Of a stretch of 64,000 nt of DNA, positions 9,751-17,514 are shown one piece after another (the stretch's first letter is position 1; the number at the start of each line of letters is the position of its first letter). Source of the stretch: Bacilli bacterium. Its GTDB lineage: Bacteria > Bacillota_I > Bacilli_A > RFN20 > CAG-826. The translations under genes were made by a program, and so were the position numbers. The notes under the pieces were generated by a model. That model was not told where the DNA came from. It saw only the letters and a list, made by a program, of their open reading frames with translations, and did no database searches. The stretch covers positions 279 through 64,278 of the forward strand of contig JAZLFA010000067.1 of assembly GCA_045615545.1 (NCBI GenBank), written 5' to 3'.

Positions 9751-9814
9751 ATATCAAATATTAATATCCTCCTAAATTGATTATAGAGAATATAAAAGGA
9801 TTCACTAAATAATT

Positions 9815-9830
9815 GGCCATTAAAATTGTG
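9815..9830. repeat. IR-R, GGCCATTAAAATTGTG: inverted-repeat partner of 8988..9003; overlaps a weak -35-like TTGGCC upstream of gene B
   Basis: See IR-L; lies 32 nt upstream of the gene B start codon. Confidence 0.6.
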
Positions 9831-9861
9831 GCAGTATTACTATCCGATTGGAGACACTATT

Positions 9862-12800
9862 ATGAAACACTTATTTTCTCGTTCAAAAACATTCGCATTA
9901 ATTGCATTATCTTTACTTACTGGTATTGGTGTTTTTAGTGGTGTGGCAGTTAGTAATGGAAATATTGAACAGGCAGAAGCTCAAGATAATGCAACAATAT
10001 ATTTCAAAGACCAATCATGGTGGAACGCAGATGGTGCTCATACCTACGTTCATTACTGGGGGGGTACTTCATCAACAACATGGCCTGGCACAAGTACAAC
10101 GGATAAAGGTAATGGTTATTGGGAAGCAACAATCCCAGCTAATTCAAGTGGTTTTCAATTTGTTAGAGTAAGTAGCTCGGGTGTCGACTGGGGTGCTAAA
10201 ACTGTTAATCTTTCTTTAGATTCTGAAGGAAAAAACCTATACACTCTTAGTAATACAGCAGTGTGGGGCGGTAATGGTGCGAGTGCTACCGCTTCGTATT
10301 ATAATAATGAATCAATAACTTATTATTTTGCAGGAAGTGAATGGGGTTGGGGTGATATTAATACTATGCCAACTTTCTCCAAAAAAGATAACATTGAATA
10401 TGAATTGTTAAATGTTGTTGTCAGAAGCGATAATGCAACTTTTAAAGGCTTCTTTACTCATGGTTGGCAGGCCGATTATATAAATCCAAATCAAACTGAA
10501 TCCGGACCTCAATCTGGTGATTATAAAATTGAGTTTGATGGTAATGCAAATGGTGTGATTAAAAAAGCTGGTACATACAATATCTATTTAACACCAAGCA
10601 ATGGAAAAATGTGGCTAAATGTTCAGAAATATGATGTTACATATAACGTCAACGGAGCTACTTCTGGTTCTAATTCAACTCAGACTGGTTTTATTGATCA
10701 AACATTTACAACAAGAGCATCGATAGGAATATCTAAAACAGGATATACATTCCAAGGTTGGAACACTAAATCTGATGGTACAGGCACAACATATGCCGCA
10801 AATACAGCAGTAAATTTAGGATTAAACGCTGGTGATTCATTAACCTTATATGCTAAATGGTCTCCAAATACTAACACACCATATACGGTTCAACATAGAT
10901 TACAAAATACAACTCGTTCTAGTTATGTAGTTGATTCCGAACGCACAGAAGAATTACTAGGCACAACAGGTGCGCAAACAAATGCGCAAGCGCTAACAAT
11001 TGAAGGTTTTACCGCTAAAACAATAACTCAACAAACAATCGCTGGAGACGGCTCAACAATCGTAAATGTTGATTATGATAGAAAACCATACACATTAACT
11101 TTTAATGCAGATGGTGGCACTTGTAGCGAATCAACAAGAACCGTTTATTATGGCTGTCAATTTGGCACTCTTCCAACACCAACAAAAACCGATGGAAGTG
11201 AATTTGGTGGATGGTATACCGGAAGTGGAGGAACTGGAACATTAATTTCTTCTTCTACCTTAGCGACTGGTAATTTGACAGTTTATGCTAAGTGGGTAGC
11301 TGCAATTATAAAACACAATGTTACACTTACTGCTGGAACTGGAATGACCGGAGCGGATCAAACAACTGAAGTTGCAGAAGGCTCAACTTTTACAATTCCT
11401 TCCACAAATCCTTTTGCCTTAAATGGTGGTTATGTTTTTAAGGAATGGACAGATGGTACTAACACATATGCACCTGGTGCCACTATTACAATGGGTACTA
11501 GTGATATAACATTAACTTCTAACGCTAGAATTCAATATGATCTAAAAATCACACATCAAGGTTCAACATCTACTATTCCGTTTACCTATGGTTCAAGTAA
11601 ATTTACTATTGCTGAAATCTCTGTTATAAAAGGAGATATCGTAGAGCTATATGATTATTCTACTAGTATAGCTGGTACAAAAGTACATGCTGGTATTGAT
11701 GGAGCGTCCGATGGTTGTTGGAGAGATAATGGCACAACCATTACTAGCGATGAAGAAAGTACACAAACATTCTCAATTGAAATAAAACCAGGTGATGAAA
11801 ATAGAGATAAGTATTTACTTACAAAATATACTGGCACAGTTGATACTGAGTATTCAGTTTATGTTGGTGGCACACGTTATGTAATGGAACAAACTGATGA
11901 TACTCCTACAGGATTTACCGCTCAATATAAAGCAACTACTTCTGGGGCACTTAAAGATGACAAAGTAACTTTTAAAAGCAACAAAGGTCAAATGGATTTT
12001 GCTGTATCTAGAGACGCTACATCAAATACCTATATTGGTGAAGATGGAAAGCAACACATAAAAGCAGGAAATGACGGTGTACTAGATATTTATCTTAAAA
12101 TTAAAGAAAACGGCGGCTCTACAACATATAGTTCATTTGTAAGTGGATTAAGATCGGAAAAATCAGGATATAGATTGATTATACGAAACAACACCGCCAA
12201 TACTGTTCGAACAGTAGATTTAGCTAATGGTACAGATAGCTCAGGTAATACACAATACGAAGCAATGAATATCCATGTTGAAAAAGACGAATATATATAC
12301 TTATATAAAAACGAAAATGATGTGGATAGAAGTTTCAGCGAAGGTGTTGTTCAACCAGATGGTTCCGTTCCTAATAGTTTTGAAAAAAGCAACGGCAATG
12401 CACTGTGTAAAACAACTGGAGATTATAATTTCTATGTAAAATCTACAGACTTCTTATGGAATGTCAACTCAATATGGATTGCAAAGGGTGGGAATCCAGA
12501 AACTGATGCAATCGCCTTTGCACAAGGTTTTAACTCCGCTATTGGAGCCGAGTGTTATGATCAGGGTGGCCATAAGGATACGCTAAAAAGTGCATGGGAT
12601 GCGCAAGCTAGTTTATTTGCTACTCTTTCCGACCAAGCAAAAGCTTATTTTAATGGTAGTTCAACATCAAGCGATACAAACATTATTAATTGTTTAGCTA
12701 AATATGATTATGTCTTCATTAAATACTGGGGGGTTTTATTTACCGAAACTTCTGATGATTTTATGGCAAGACATAGAAATTCAAATGGCGATATCAAATA

Positions 12801-12948
12801 CCCGCAAAGCGCTAATCGTAGCTGGAAAATATCTGACTCTGAAGATCAAACTATATTAATTGTTGTTATTGCTTCTGCAAGTTTATTATTGTTATCAGCT
12901 ACAGCCTTAACATTATTATTAAAGAAAAAGAAACGCTTAGATAAATAA
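9862..12948 (+). CDS. Large surface protein B (about 1028 aa): N-terminal signal/TM, CBM25/26-like module, multiple Flg_new repeats, conserved C-terminal module plus TM plus KKKKR tail; paralog of gene A
   Basis: Start moved to ATG 9862 with GGAGA RBS (ORF track 9826); WPGTSTT motif; repeats GYTFQGWNTKSDGTG...LTLYAKW and EFGGWYTGSGGTG...LTVYAKW; C-terminal SDSEDQTILIVVIASASLLLLSATALTLLLKKKK. Confidence 0.7.
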   Translation: MKHLFSRSKTFALIALSLLTGIGVFSGVAVSNGNIEQAEAQDNATIYFKDQSWWNADGAHTYVHYWGGTSSTTWPGTSTTDKGNGYWEATIPANSSGFQFVRVSSSGVDWGAKTVNLSLDSEGKNLYTLSNTAVWGGNGASATASYYNNESITYYFAGSEWGWGDINTMPTFSKKDNIEYELLNVVVRSDNATFKGFFTHGWQADYINPNQTESGPQSGDYKIEFDGNANGVIKKAGTYNIYLTPSNGKMWLNVQKYDVTYNVNGATSGSNSTQTGFIDQTFTTRASIGISKTGYTFQGWNTKSDGTGTTYAANTAVNLGLNAGDSLTLYAKWSPNTNTPYTVQHRLQNTTRSSYVVDSERTEELLGTTGAQTNAQALTIEGFTAKTITQQTIAGDGSTIVNVDYDRKPYTLTFNADGGTCSESTRTVYYGCQFGTLPTPTKTDGSEFGGWYTGSGGTGTLISSSTLATGNLTVYAKWVAAIIKHNVTLTAGTGMTGADQTTEVAEGSTFTIPSTNPFALNGGYVFKEWTDGTNTYAPGATITMGTSDITLTSNARIQYDLKITHQGSTSTIPFTYGSSKFTIAEISVIKGDIVELYDYSTSIAGTKVHAGIDGASDGCWRDNGTTITSDEESTQTFSIEIKPGDENRDKYLLTKYTGTVDTEYSVYVGGTRYVMEQTDDTPTGFTAQYKATTSGALKDDKVTFKSNKGQMDFAVSRDATSNTYIGEDGKQHIKAGNDGVLDIYLKIKENGGSTTYSSFVSGLRSEKSGYRLIIRNNTANTVRTVDLANGTDSSGNTQYEAMNIHVEKDEYIYLYKNENDVDRSFSEGVVQPDGSVPNSFEKSNGNALCKTTGDYNFYVKSTDFLWNVNSIWIAKGGNPETDAIAFAQGFNSAIGAECYDQGGHKDTLKSAWDAQASLFATLSDQAKAYFNGSSTSSDTNIINCLAKYDYVFIKYWGVLFTETSDDFMARHRNSNGDIKYPQSANRSWKISDSEDQTILIVVIASASLLLLSATALTLLLKKKKRLDK

Positions 12949-12961
12949 GAATAAATACATG

Positions 12962-12994
12962 AAAAAGTGACTTACATATGTAGGCCACTTTTCA
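12962..12994. terminator. Hairpin terminator after surface-protein gene B (AAAAAGTG..TACATATGTA..CACTTTTT)
   Basis: Inverted repeat with inner perfect palindrome TACATATGTA, flanked by A and T runs. Confidence 0.55.
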
Positions 12995-13084
12995 TAATGG
13001 TTGATATTAATGATTAAAGACAGATCTATAGTACTTACAATAATGATAATTGTCATTTAATGTATTATTATTAATTAAGGAATT

Positions 13085-13267
13085 ATGCTTAAACAAATAT
13101 CAGCAATTATTGATAAAAACATGCCTTTAGTGTCTAATCTTGCTAATGTAGTAGCAATATTAAAAGATATGAAGGATATTAATTGGTGTGGTTTTTATCT
13201 TGCTAAGGATGATACTCTGTATTTAGGAAACGAGTGGGAATCCTTGGTTATTCAATTGCCGAGATGA
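13085..13267 (+). pseudogene. Truncated N-terminal fragment (60 aa) of a GAF-domain protein (YtsP/MsrC-like free methionine-R-sulfoxide reductase family)
   Basis: ...INWCGFYLAKDDTLYLGNEWE... matches the family N-terminus (about 160 aa when full length); the ORF stops right at the 18-bp direct repeat preceding the TnpB-like element. Confidence 0.5.
13246..13263 (+). repeat. Direct repeat copy 1, GGTTATTCAATTGCCGAG; copy 2 at 14737..14754 (GGTAATTCAATTGCCGAG)
   Basis: 17 of 18 identical, 1491 bp apart, bracketing the TnpB-like gene; weaker similarity continues about 20 nt further (GCGAGCAAAAGTA versus ACGACAAAAGTA). Confidence 0.7.
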
Positions 13268-13294
13268 AAGCGAGCAAAAGTAATTTCTTAAAAG

Positions 13295-13343
13295 TTATTT
13301 TCTTTGAAAATAAATTCCAAATTTCGTGTTAATATGATATAAT
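13295..13343 (+). promoter_or_regulatory. Hairpin TTATTTTC-TTT-GAAAATAA (13295-13313; possible IS left-end structure) plus extended -10 promoter TGATATAAT (13335-13343) for the TnpB-like gene
   Basis: Read directly from sequence. Confidence 0.4.
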
Positions 13344-13359
13344 AAAACTAAGAAATAAT

Positions 13360-14757
13360 ATGCTGTTAACAAAGAAATTTATTCTCAAACCAACTAGAAC
13401 TCAATGTATTATATTGGGGCATTTTACTTATGCTGCTAGCAAACTATTCAATGTTGGTAACTACGAAAGAAAAGAATATAAAAATCTTGGTTTTGATAAA
13501 GAGCCAGATTGGTATGAACAAAAGAAAAGGTTAAAGGACAATATTTGGTATAAATCTTTACCTAGTCAAACTGCTCAAGATGTCCTTAAAAATCTTGATG
13601 AAAGTTGGAAAAGTTATCATACGCTTAAATATAAATTTGACCATGGAAAGAAATTGTCTGGTGAACCAAAATCCCCTTATTATAAAAAAGATGGTAGCCA
13701 TACAAATATCACATTTTTAAGTAATGGATTTAAAGTTGTTGGAAATAAAATAAGACTAACGATTCCTAAAGCAATGAAAGAACATCTTTTAAATAAATAT
13801 GGAATACATGATAATTTTATTTATCTAAATATAAAAGAACCAATTGATGGAATGATCAAAGAAATATCTTTTTCCTATAGAAATGATGAAGAATATGATG
13901 TTTATATTAATTATGAAACATTTGTTAAACCAATTAAAAACGATAACGGAAGACATATTTCTATTGATCTAGGTATTAATAATCTAGCAACTATATATGA
14001 TAATAAGGGACATTCTTTTATTATTTCCGGCAACAGCTATTTAAACACTTTATATTATTACAATAAAAGAATATCTTATTATCAATCTATTAATGACCAA
14101 GCTCATAAAAAAGATATAGATAATAAAAATCATATTTATACAACTAATAGAATCAATAAATTATATGAGAAGAAAAATAAGATTATAAATTATATTATCC
14201 ATAAAACCACTAAAACAATCGTGGATTATTGTGTTCATAACAACATCACTAAAGTAATTATTGGTGATGTTTCTGGTATAGATAATATTAAGTCAAATAA
14301 AATAGGTAAACAAAAGAAGGAATTTAATCAAAAATTACATAGTTTACCATTTGATAAAATTTATCATTGTCTTGAATATAAATTAATAAGGAAAGGAGTA
14401 ACTTTAATAAAACAAAATGAGGCATTTACAAGTCAATGTTCTCCAACTTCAAAAGAAGTTTCTAAAGAATATGCGGACAAAAACAAACGTATCTATCGTG
14501 GACTATTTAAAAGTGGTAACGATATTTACAACGCAGATTCTGTTGGCGCTTTTAACATATTAAGAAAATATTACCAGGAGAACAATACAAGTAGAAATTT
14601 AAATTACAAATGCCTTTCTAATCCAACAAAAATAAGTATCTCTGTAACTTCTAGTCCTTATAAGGAAGAAGTAGGAGTATTGGGTGGGAACCACCCTGAT
14701 ATCTATGCACTTAAACGTGCCTTAGATTCGATGCTCGGTAATTCAATTGCCGAGTAA
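13360..14757 (+). CDS. tnpB: TnpB-like protein (IS200/IS605 OrfB / IS1341 family) with apparently degenerate RuvC-II and zinc finger
   Basis: RuvC-I HISIDLGINNLAT; TSQ motif; RuvC-III NADSVGAFNIL; RuvC-II region reads VIIGDVSGI (Glu to Gly by eye); zinc finger reads CSPT...KSGN (1 of 4 Cys kept); no tnpA nearby. Confidence 0.8.
   Translation: MLLTKKFILKPTRTQCIILGHFTYAASKLFNVGNYERKEYKNLGFDKEPDWYEQKKRLKDNIWYKSLPSQTAQDVLKNLDESWKSYHTLKYKFDHGKKLSGEPKSPYYKKDGSHTNITFLSNGFKVVGNKIRLTIPKAMKEHLLNKYGIHDNFIYLNIKEPIDGMIKEISFSYRNDEEYDVYINYETFVKPIKNDNGRHISIDLGINNLATIYDNKGHSFIISGNSYLNTLYYYNKRISYYQSINDQAHKKDIDNKNHIYTTNRINKLYEKKNKIINYIIHKTTKTIVDYCVHNNITKVIIGDVSGIDNIKSNKIGKQKKEFNQKLHSLPFDKIYHCLEYKLIRKGVTLIKQNEAFTSQCSPTSKEVSKEYADKNKRIYRGLFKSGNDIYNADSVGAFNILRKYYQENNTSRNLNYKCLSNPTKISISVTSSPYKEEVGVLGGNHPDIYALKRALDSMLGNSIAE
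14737..14754 (+). repeat. Direct repeat copy 2 (GGTAATTCAATTGCCGAG), covering the last codons of the TnpB-like ORF
   Basis: See copy 1. Confidence 0.7.
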
Positions 14758-14812
14758 TTCACGACAAAAGTATATGTTAACTTTGTTGCGTAAAGATAAA
14801 AAGAATAAATTT

Positions 14813-14858
14813 CCCCAATTATCAAAGGCAAGAAAATGATATTGGGGATTTTTTGTTA
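14813..14858 (+). terminator. Hairpin CCCCAAT...ATTGGGG followed by ATTTTTTGTT; terminator or structured 3' end downstream of the TnpB-like gene
   Basis: 7-bp GC-containing stem, 21-nt loop, T-run. Confidence 0.55.
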
Positions 14859-14884
14859 CCTTATATTTTGTATGTAATCTAACA

Positions 14885-16339
14885 ATGCAATATCTGCATT
14901 GCTGTGGTACACTAAAATATATGGCCGAAGAAAATAAAGATAAAAGCGTTAAGGAAACGACAGAAGAAAAAAAGAGAAGCAATTCCCGTTTTAAATATAT
15001 TGTTAACATTTCATTGGTTCTTATTATCACTGTTGTAGCAATAGTGGTTTCAATGTCCTCTAACTTCAGCGAAGTTATGAGAGAACTTGGAAACTCTGAT
15101 TGGCGTTGGATATTAATGATTGTAGGAATTATGGCGCTTGTTATATTTATTCGTGCTTTGATTCTTTTTTGCTTCGCGCGCTTATACTCACACGATTATA
15201 AATATCACCAAGCATTAGCGGTTGAACAAATCGGTACTTTCTATAGTGGAGTCACTCCAGGGGCAACTGGTGGACAATTTATGGAAGCCTACATCTTTAA
15301 AAAGCAAGGCATTCATATTTCTAGCGCCGTTAGTATGCTAGCAATGTATTCTATTCTTTATCAGATTGGTTTAATTGTTTTTGGTCTCATATCATTCCTA
15401 GTTAAATATGATTTCATCATGGAACTTGGATCTATTCCATTTAACATTGGTGGATGGAGTTTTTCTATTCCTATTTGGCCGTTAACAATTATTGGTTTTA
15501 TCCTTAATGTCGGAGTTATTGTTTTGCTCTTGTTAATGAGTTATTGGAAAGGATTCCATCATTTTATTTCTGGACCTTGTGTTGGTTTGTTAGCAAAGCT
15601 TCGCATTGTTAAAAACCCTGACAAAACACGTGAATCTTTAAGGGTTTCTGTTGAAAACTTTAAAATTGAATTGCGTCGATTAATAACAAATATTCCGTTT
15701 ACCATTCTTACTTTGGTGTTCTTTACAATTTACTTTATTTTAAGATTCTCACTTCCATTTTTCTGCGGATTAGCGCTTCATAATCAAACAGCAGTGACGC
15801 CAGAATTATTCTGGGATGCAGTGTTTTTAAGTAACTACCATCAAATGGTTACTGGACTTATTCCTCTCCCTGGTAGTGCTGGTATTAGTGAATATTTCTT
15901 TATTAAGTTATTCGTTAATGAAGCAAACCCTGCAAGTGGCTTCTTCTATATCGCTGGAGCTACGCTTGAAGAGTCTCGTTCATTATCTACTTCTTTATGT
16001 ACTGCAGCCTTACTTATTTGGCGTACATTCTCATTCACACTTCCTTTATTGATAGCAGGATTTGTGACAGCCTTTTATCGCGCTGCCCCACATAATGTTA
16101 CTGCGACTGATGAAATGCCTAGTAGAGATACCTATATTGAAATGCAGAAGCAAACTCTTGTTACACGAAAAGAGCAATTAGAAAGTACAATACATTCTGG
16201 AATATTGTCTAAAGATGCAATTATGAAGCGACTAAAGGCACTTAATTGGCAAGAAAAGAAAAAAAAGAATAAGAAAGAGCCAGTAAACAATGATGAGTTT
16301 ATTGATATTGATATCAAGAATGATGAAGAGGAAGAGTAA
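14885..16339 (+). CDS. Flippase-like / lysylphosphatidylglycerol-synthase TM-domain family membrane protein (YbhN / UPF0104-like)
   Basis: Multi-TM protein with a Lys/Glu-rich C-terminal tail; the start could instead be ATG 14921. Confidence 0.6.
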   Translation: MQYLHCCGTLKYMAEENKDKSVKETTEEKKRSNSRFKYIVNISLVLIITVVAIVVSMSSNFSEVMRELGNSDWRWILMIVGIMALVIFIRALILFCFARLYSHDYKYHQALAVEQIGTFYSGVTPGATGGQFMEAYIFKKQGIHISSAVSMLAMYSILYQIGLIVFGLISFLVKYDFIMELGSIPFNIGGWSFSIPIWPLTIIGFILNVGVIVLLLLMSYWKGFHHFISGPCVGLLAKLRIVKNPDKTRESLRVSVENFKIELRRLITNIPFTILTLVFFTIYFILRFSLPFFCGLALHNQTAVTPELFWDAVFLSNYHQMVTGLIPLPGSAGISEYFFIKLFVNEANPASGFFYIAGATLEESRSLSTSLCTAALLIWRTFSFTLPLLIAGFVTAFYRAAPHNVTATDEMPSRDTYIEMQKQTLVTRKEQLESTIHSGILSKDAIMKRLKALNWQEKKKKNKKEPVNNDEFIDIDIKNDEEEE

Positions 16340-17514
16340 TGAATATTGCTATATTTACTGATACATACCCCCCTTTTATCAATGGTGTTTCTACTTCTTG
16401 TTATAACCTATGCCAAGTGCTTAAAAAACACGGACATAATGTTACTGTAGTGACGCCTAGATCAGATGATGGACCACTTGAATATAAAGATGGAATAATT
16501 TATCTTCCAGGTTTTGCGCTTAAAAAACTTTATGATTATCGTGTCCCTAATTTATTTCCACGCAAGGCTTTTAAAATACTAAAAACTTTGAATATTGATA
16601 TCATCCATAATCAAACTGATTTTTCTGTTGGTATATTTGCTAGAAAAGCAGCAAAGAAATTGAATGTGCCAATTGTATATACTTATCACACAAATTACGA
16701 AGACTATACATATATCGTTACCCATGGTGTTTTAGATCGAGCAGCAAAAAAAGTTGTTCGTATTTACAGTAATGGTGTTGCCCATAATGCAACCGAATTT
16801 ATTACACCAAGTGATAAAACAAAAACATTTATGCGCTTAGCAGGTAATGACTTATATATTAACTGTATTCCTACTGGTATTGATTTCTCCATTTTTGAAG
16901 ATAAATATTTTGATTTAGAAAAAGCCAGAGCTTTTAAACAAGAGCATGGCATCGCTGAAAAAACAAAAGTGGTACTAATTTTAGGAAGACTTGCTAAAGA
17001 AAAGAGCATGGATGTTTCTATTCGTGGGTACGCTGCTTATTTAGCTAAATATCCTGATAGCGACACAAAGATGATTGTGGTGGGGGATGGTCCCGCAAGA
17101 AGCGAGCTCGAATTACTTACTCATGAACTCCACATTTCTAAATATGTTGATTTTATTGGAAAGAAGTCAGCTGAAGAAGTGCCATTTTATTATCATTTAG
17201 CTGATGTATATACTAGTGCTTCATTAACCGAAACACAGGGACTAACATTTATGGAAGCAATGGCGGCAGGCACAACTGTATTAGCAAGATATGATGATAA
17301 CTTATCAGGCACAATTATTGATGGGAAAAGTGGATACTTCTTCACCGATGAAAATAGCTTTGTTAATCAGTTAAATCGTATATTTAATTCTACTGATATG
17401 GAAAAAGAAAATATCCGTAAAGGCGCTTTTGAGATATTGGATTTCTATTCAATCGAAAGATTTTATAACAATATTATTGAGGTTTATTACCGTGCTATCA
17501 AAAAATACTGGTAA
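16339..17514 (+). CDS. GT4-family glycosyltransferase, diacylglycerol glucosyltransferase-like (membrane glycolipid synthase)
   Basis: N-terminal IFTDTYPPFINGVSTS (GT4 Rossmann fold) and a C-terminal EX7E-like region; overlaps the stop of the upstream gene (ATGA). Confidence 0.75.
   Translation: MNIAIFTDTYPPFINGVSTSCYNLCQVLKKHGHNVTVVTPRSDDGPLEYKDGIIYLPGFALKKLYDYRVPNLFPRKAFKILKTLNIDIIHNQTDFSVGIFARKAAKKLNVPIVYTYHTNYEDYTYIVTHGVLDRAAKKVVRIYSNGVAHNATEFITPSDKTKTFMRLAGNDLYINCIPTGIDFSIFEDKYFDLEKARAFKQEHGIAEKTKVVLILGRLAKEKSMDVSIRGYAAYLAKYPDSDTKMIVVGDGPARSELELLTHELHISKYVDFIGKKSAEEVPFYYHLADVYTSASLTETQGLTFMEAMAAGTTVLARYDDNLSGTIIDGKSGYFFTDENSFVNQLNRIFNSTDMEKENIRKGAFEILDFYSIERFYNNIIEVYYRAIKKYW

Noticed and set aside
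9826-9861. Upstream start (MWQYYYPIGDTI...) for surface protein B
   Set aside because: ATG 9862 is preceded by a GGAGA RBS and begins a canonical signal peptide (MKHLFSRSKTFALIALSLL) paralogous to the gene A N-terminus; the upstream extension has no RBS.
14743-15030. 95-aa minus-strand ORF spanning the TnpB-like 3' flank and the start of the flippase-like gene
   Set aside because: Overlaps a terminator hairpin and the N-terminus of a credible plus-strand membrane-protein gene; hydrophobic low-complexity translation.
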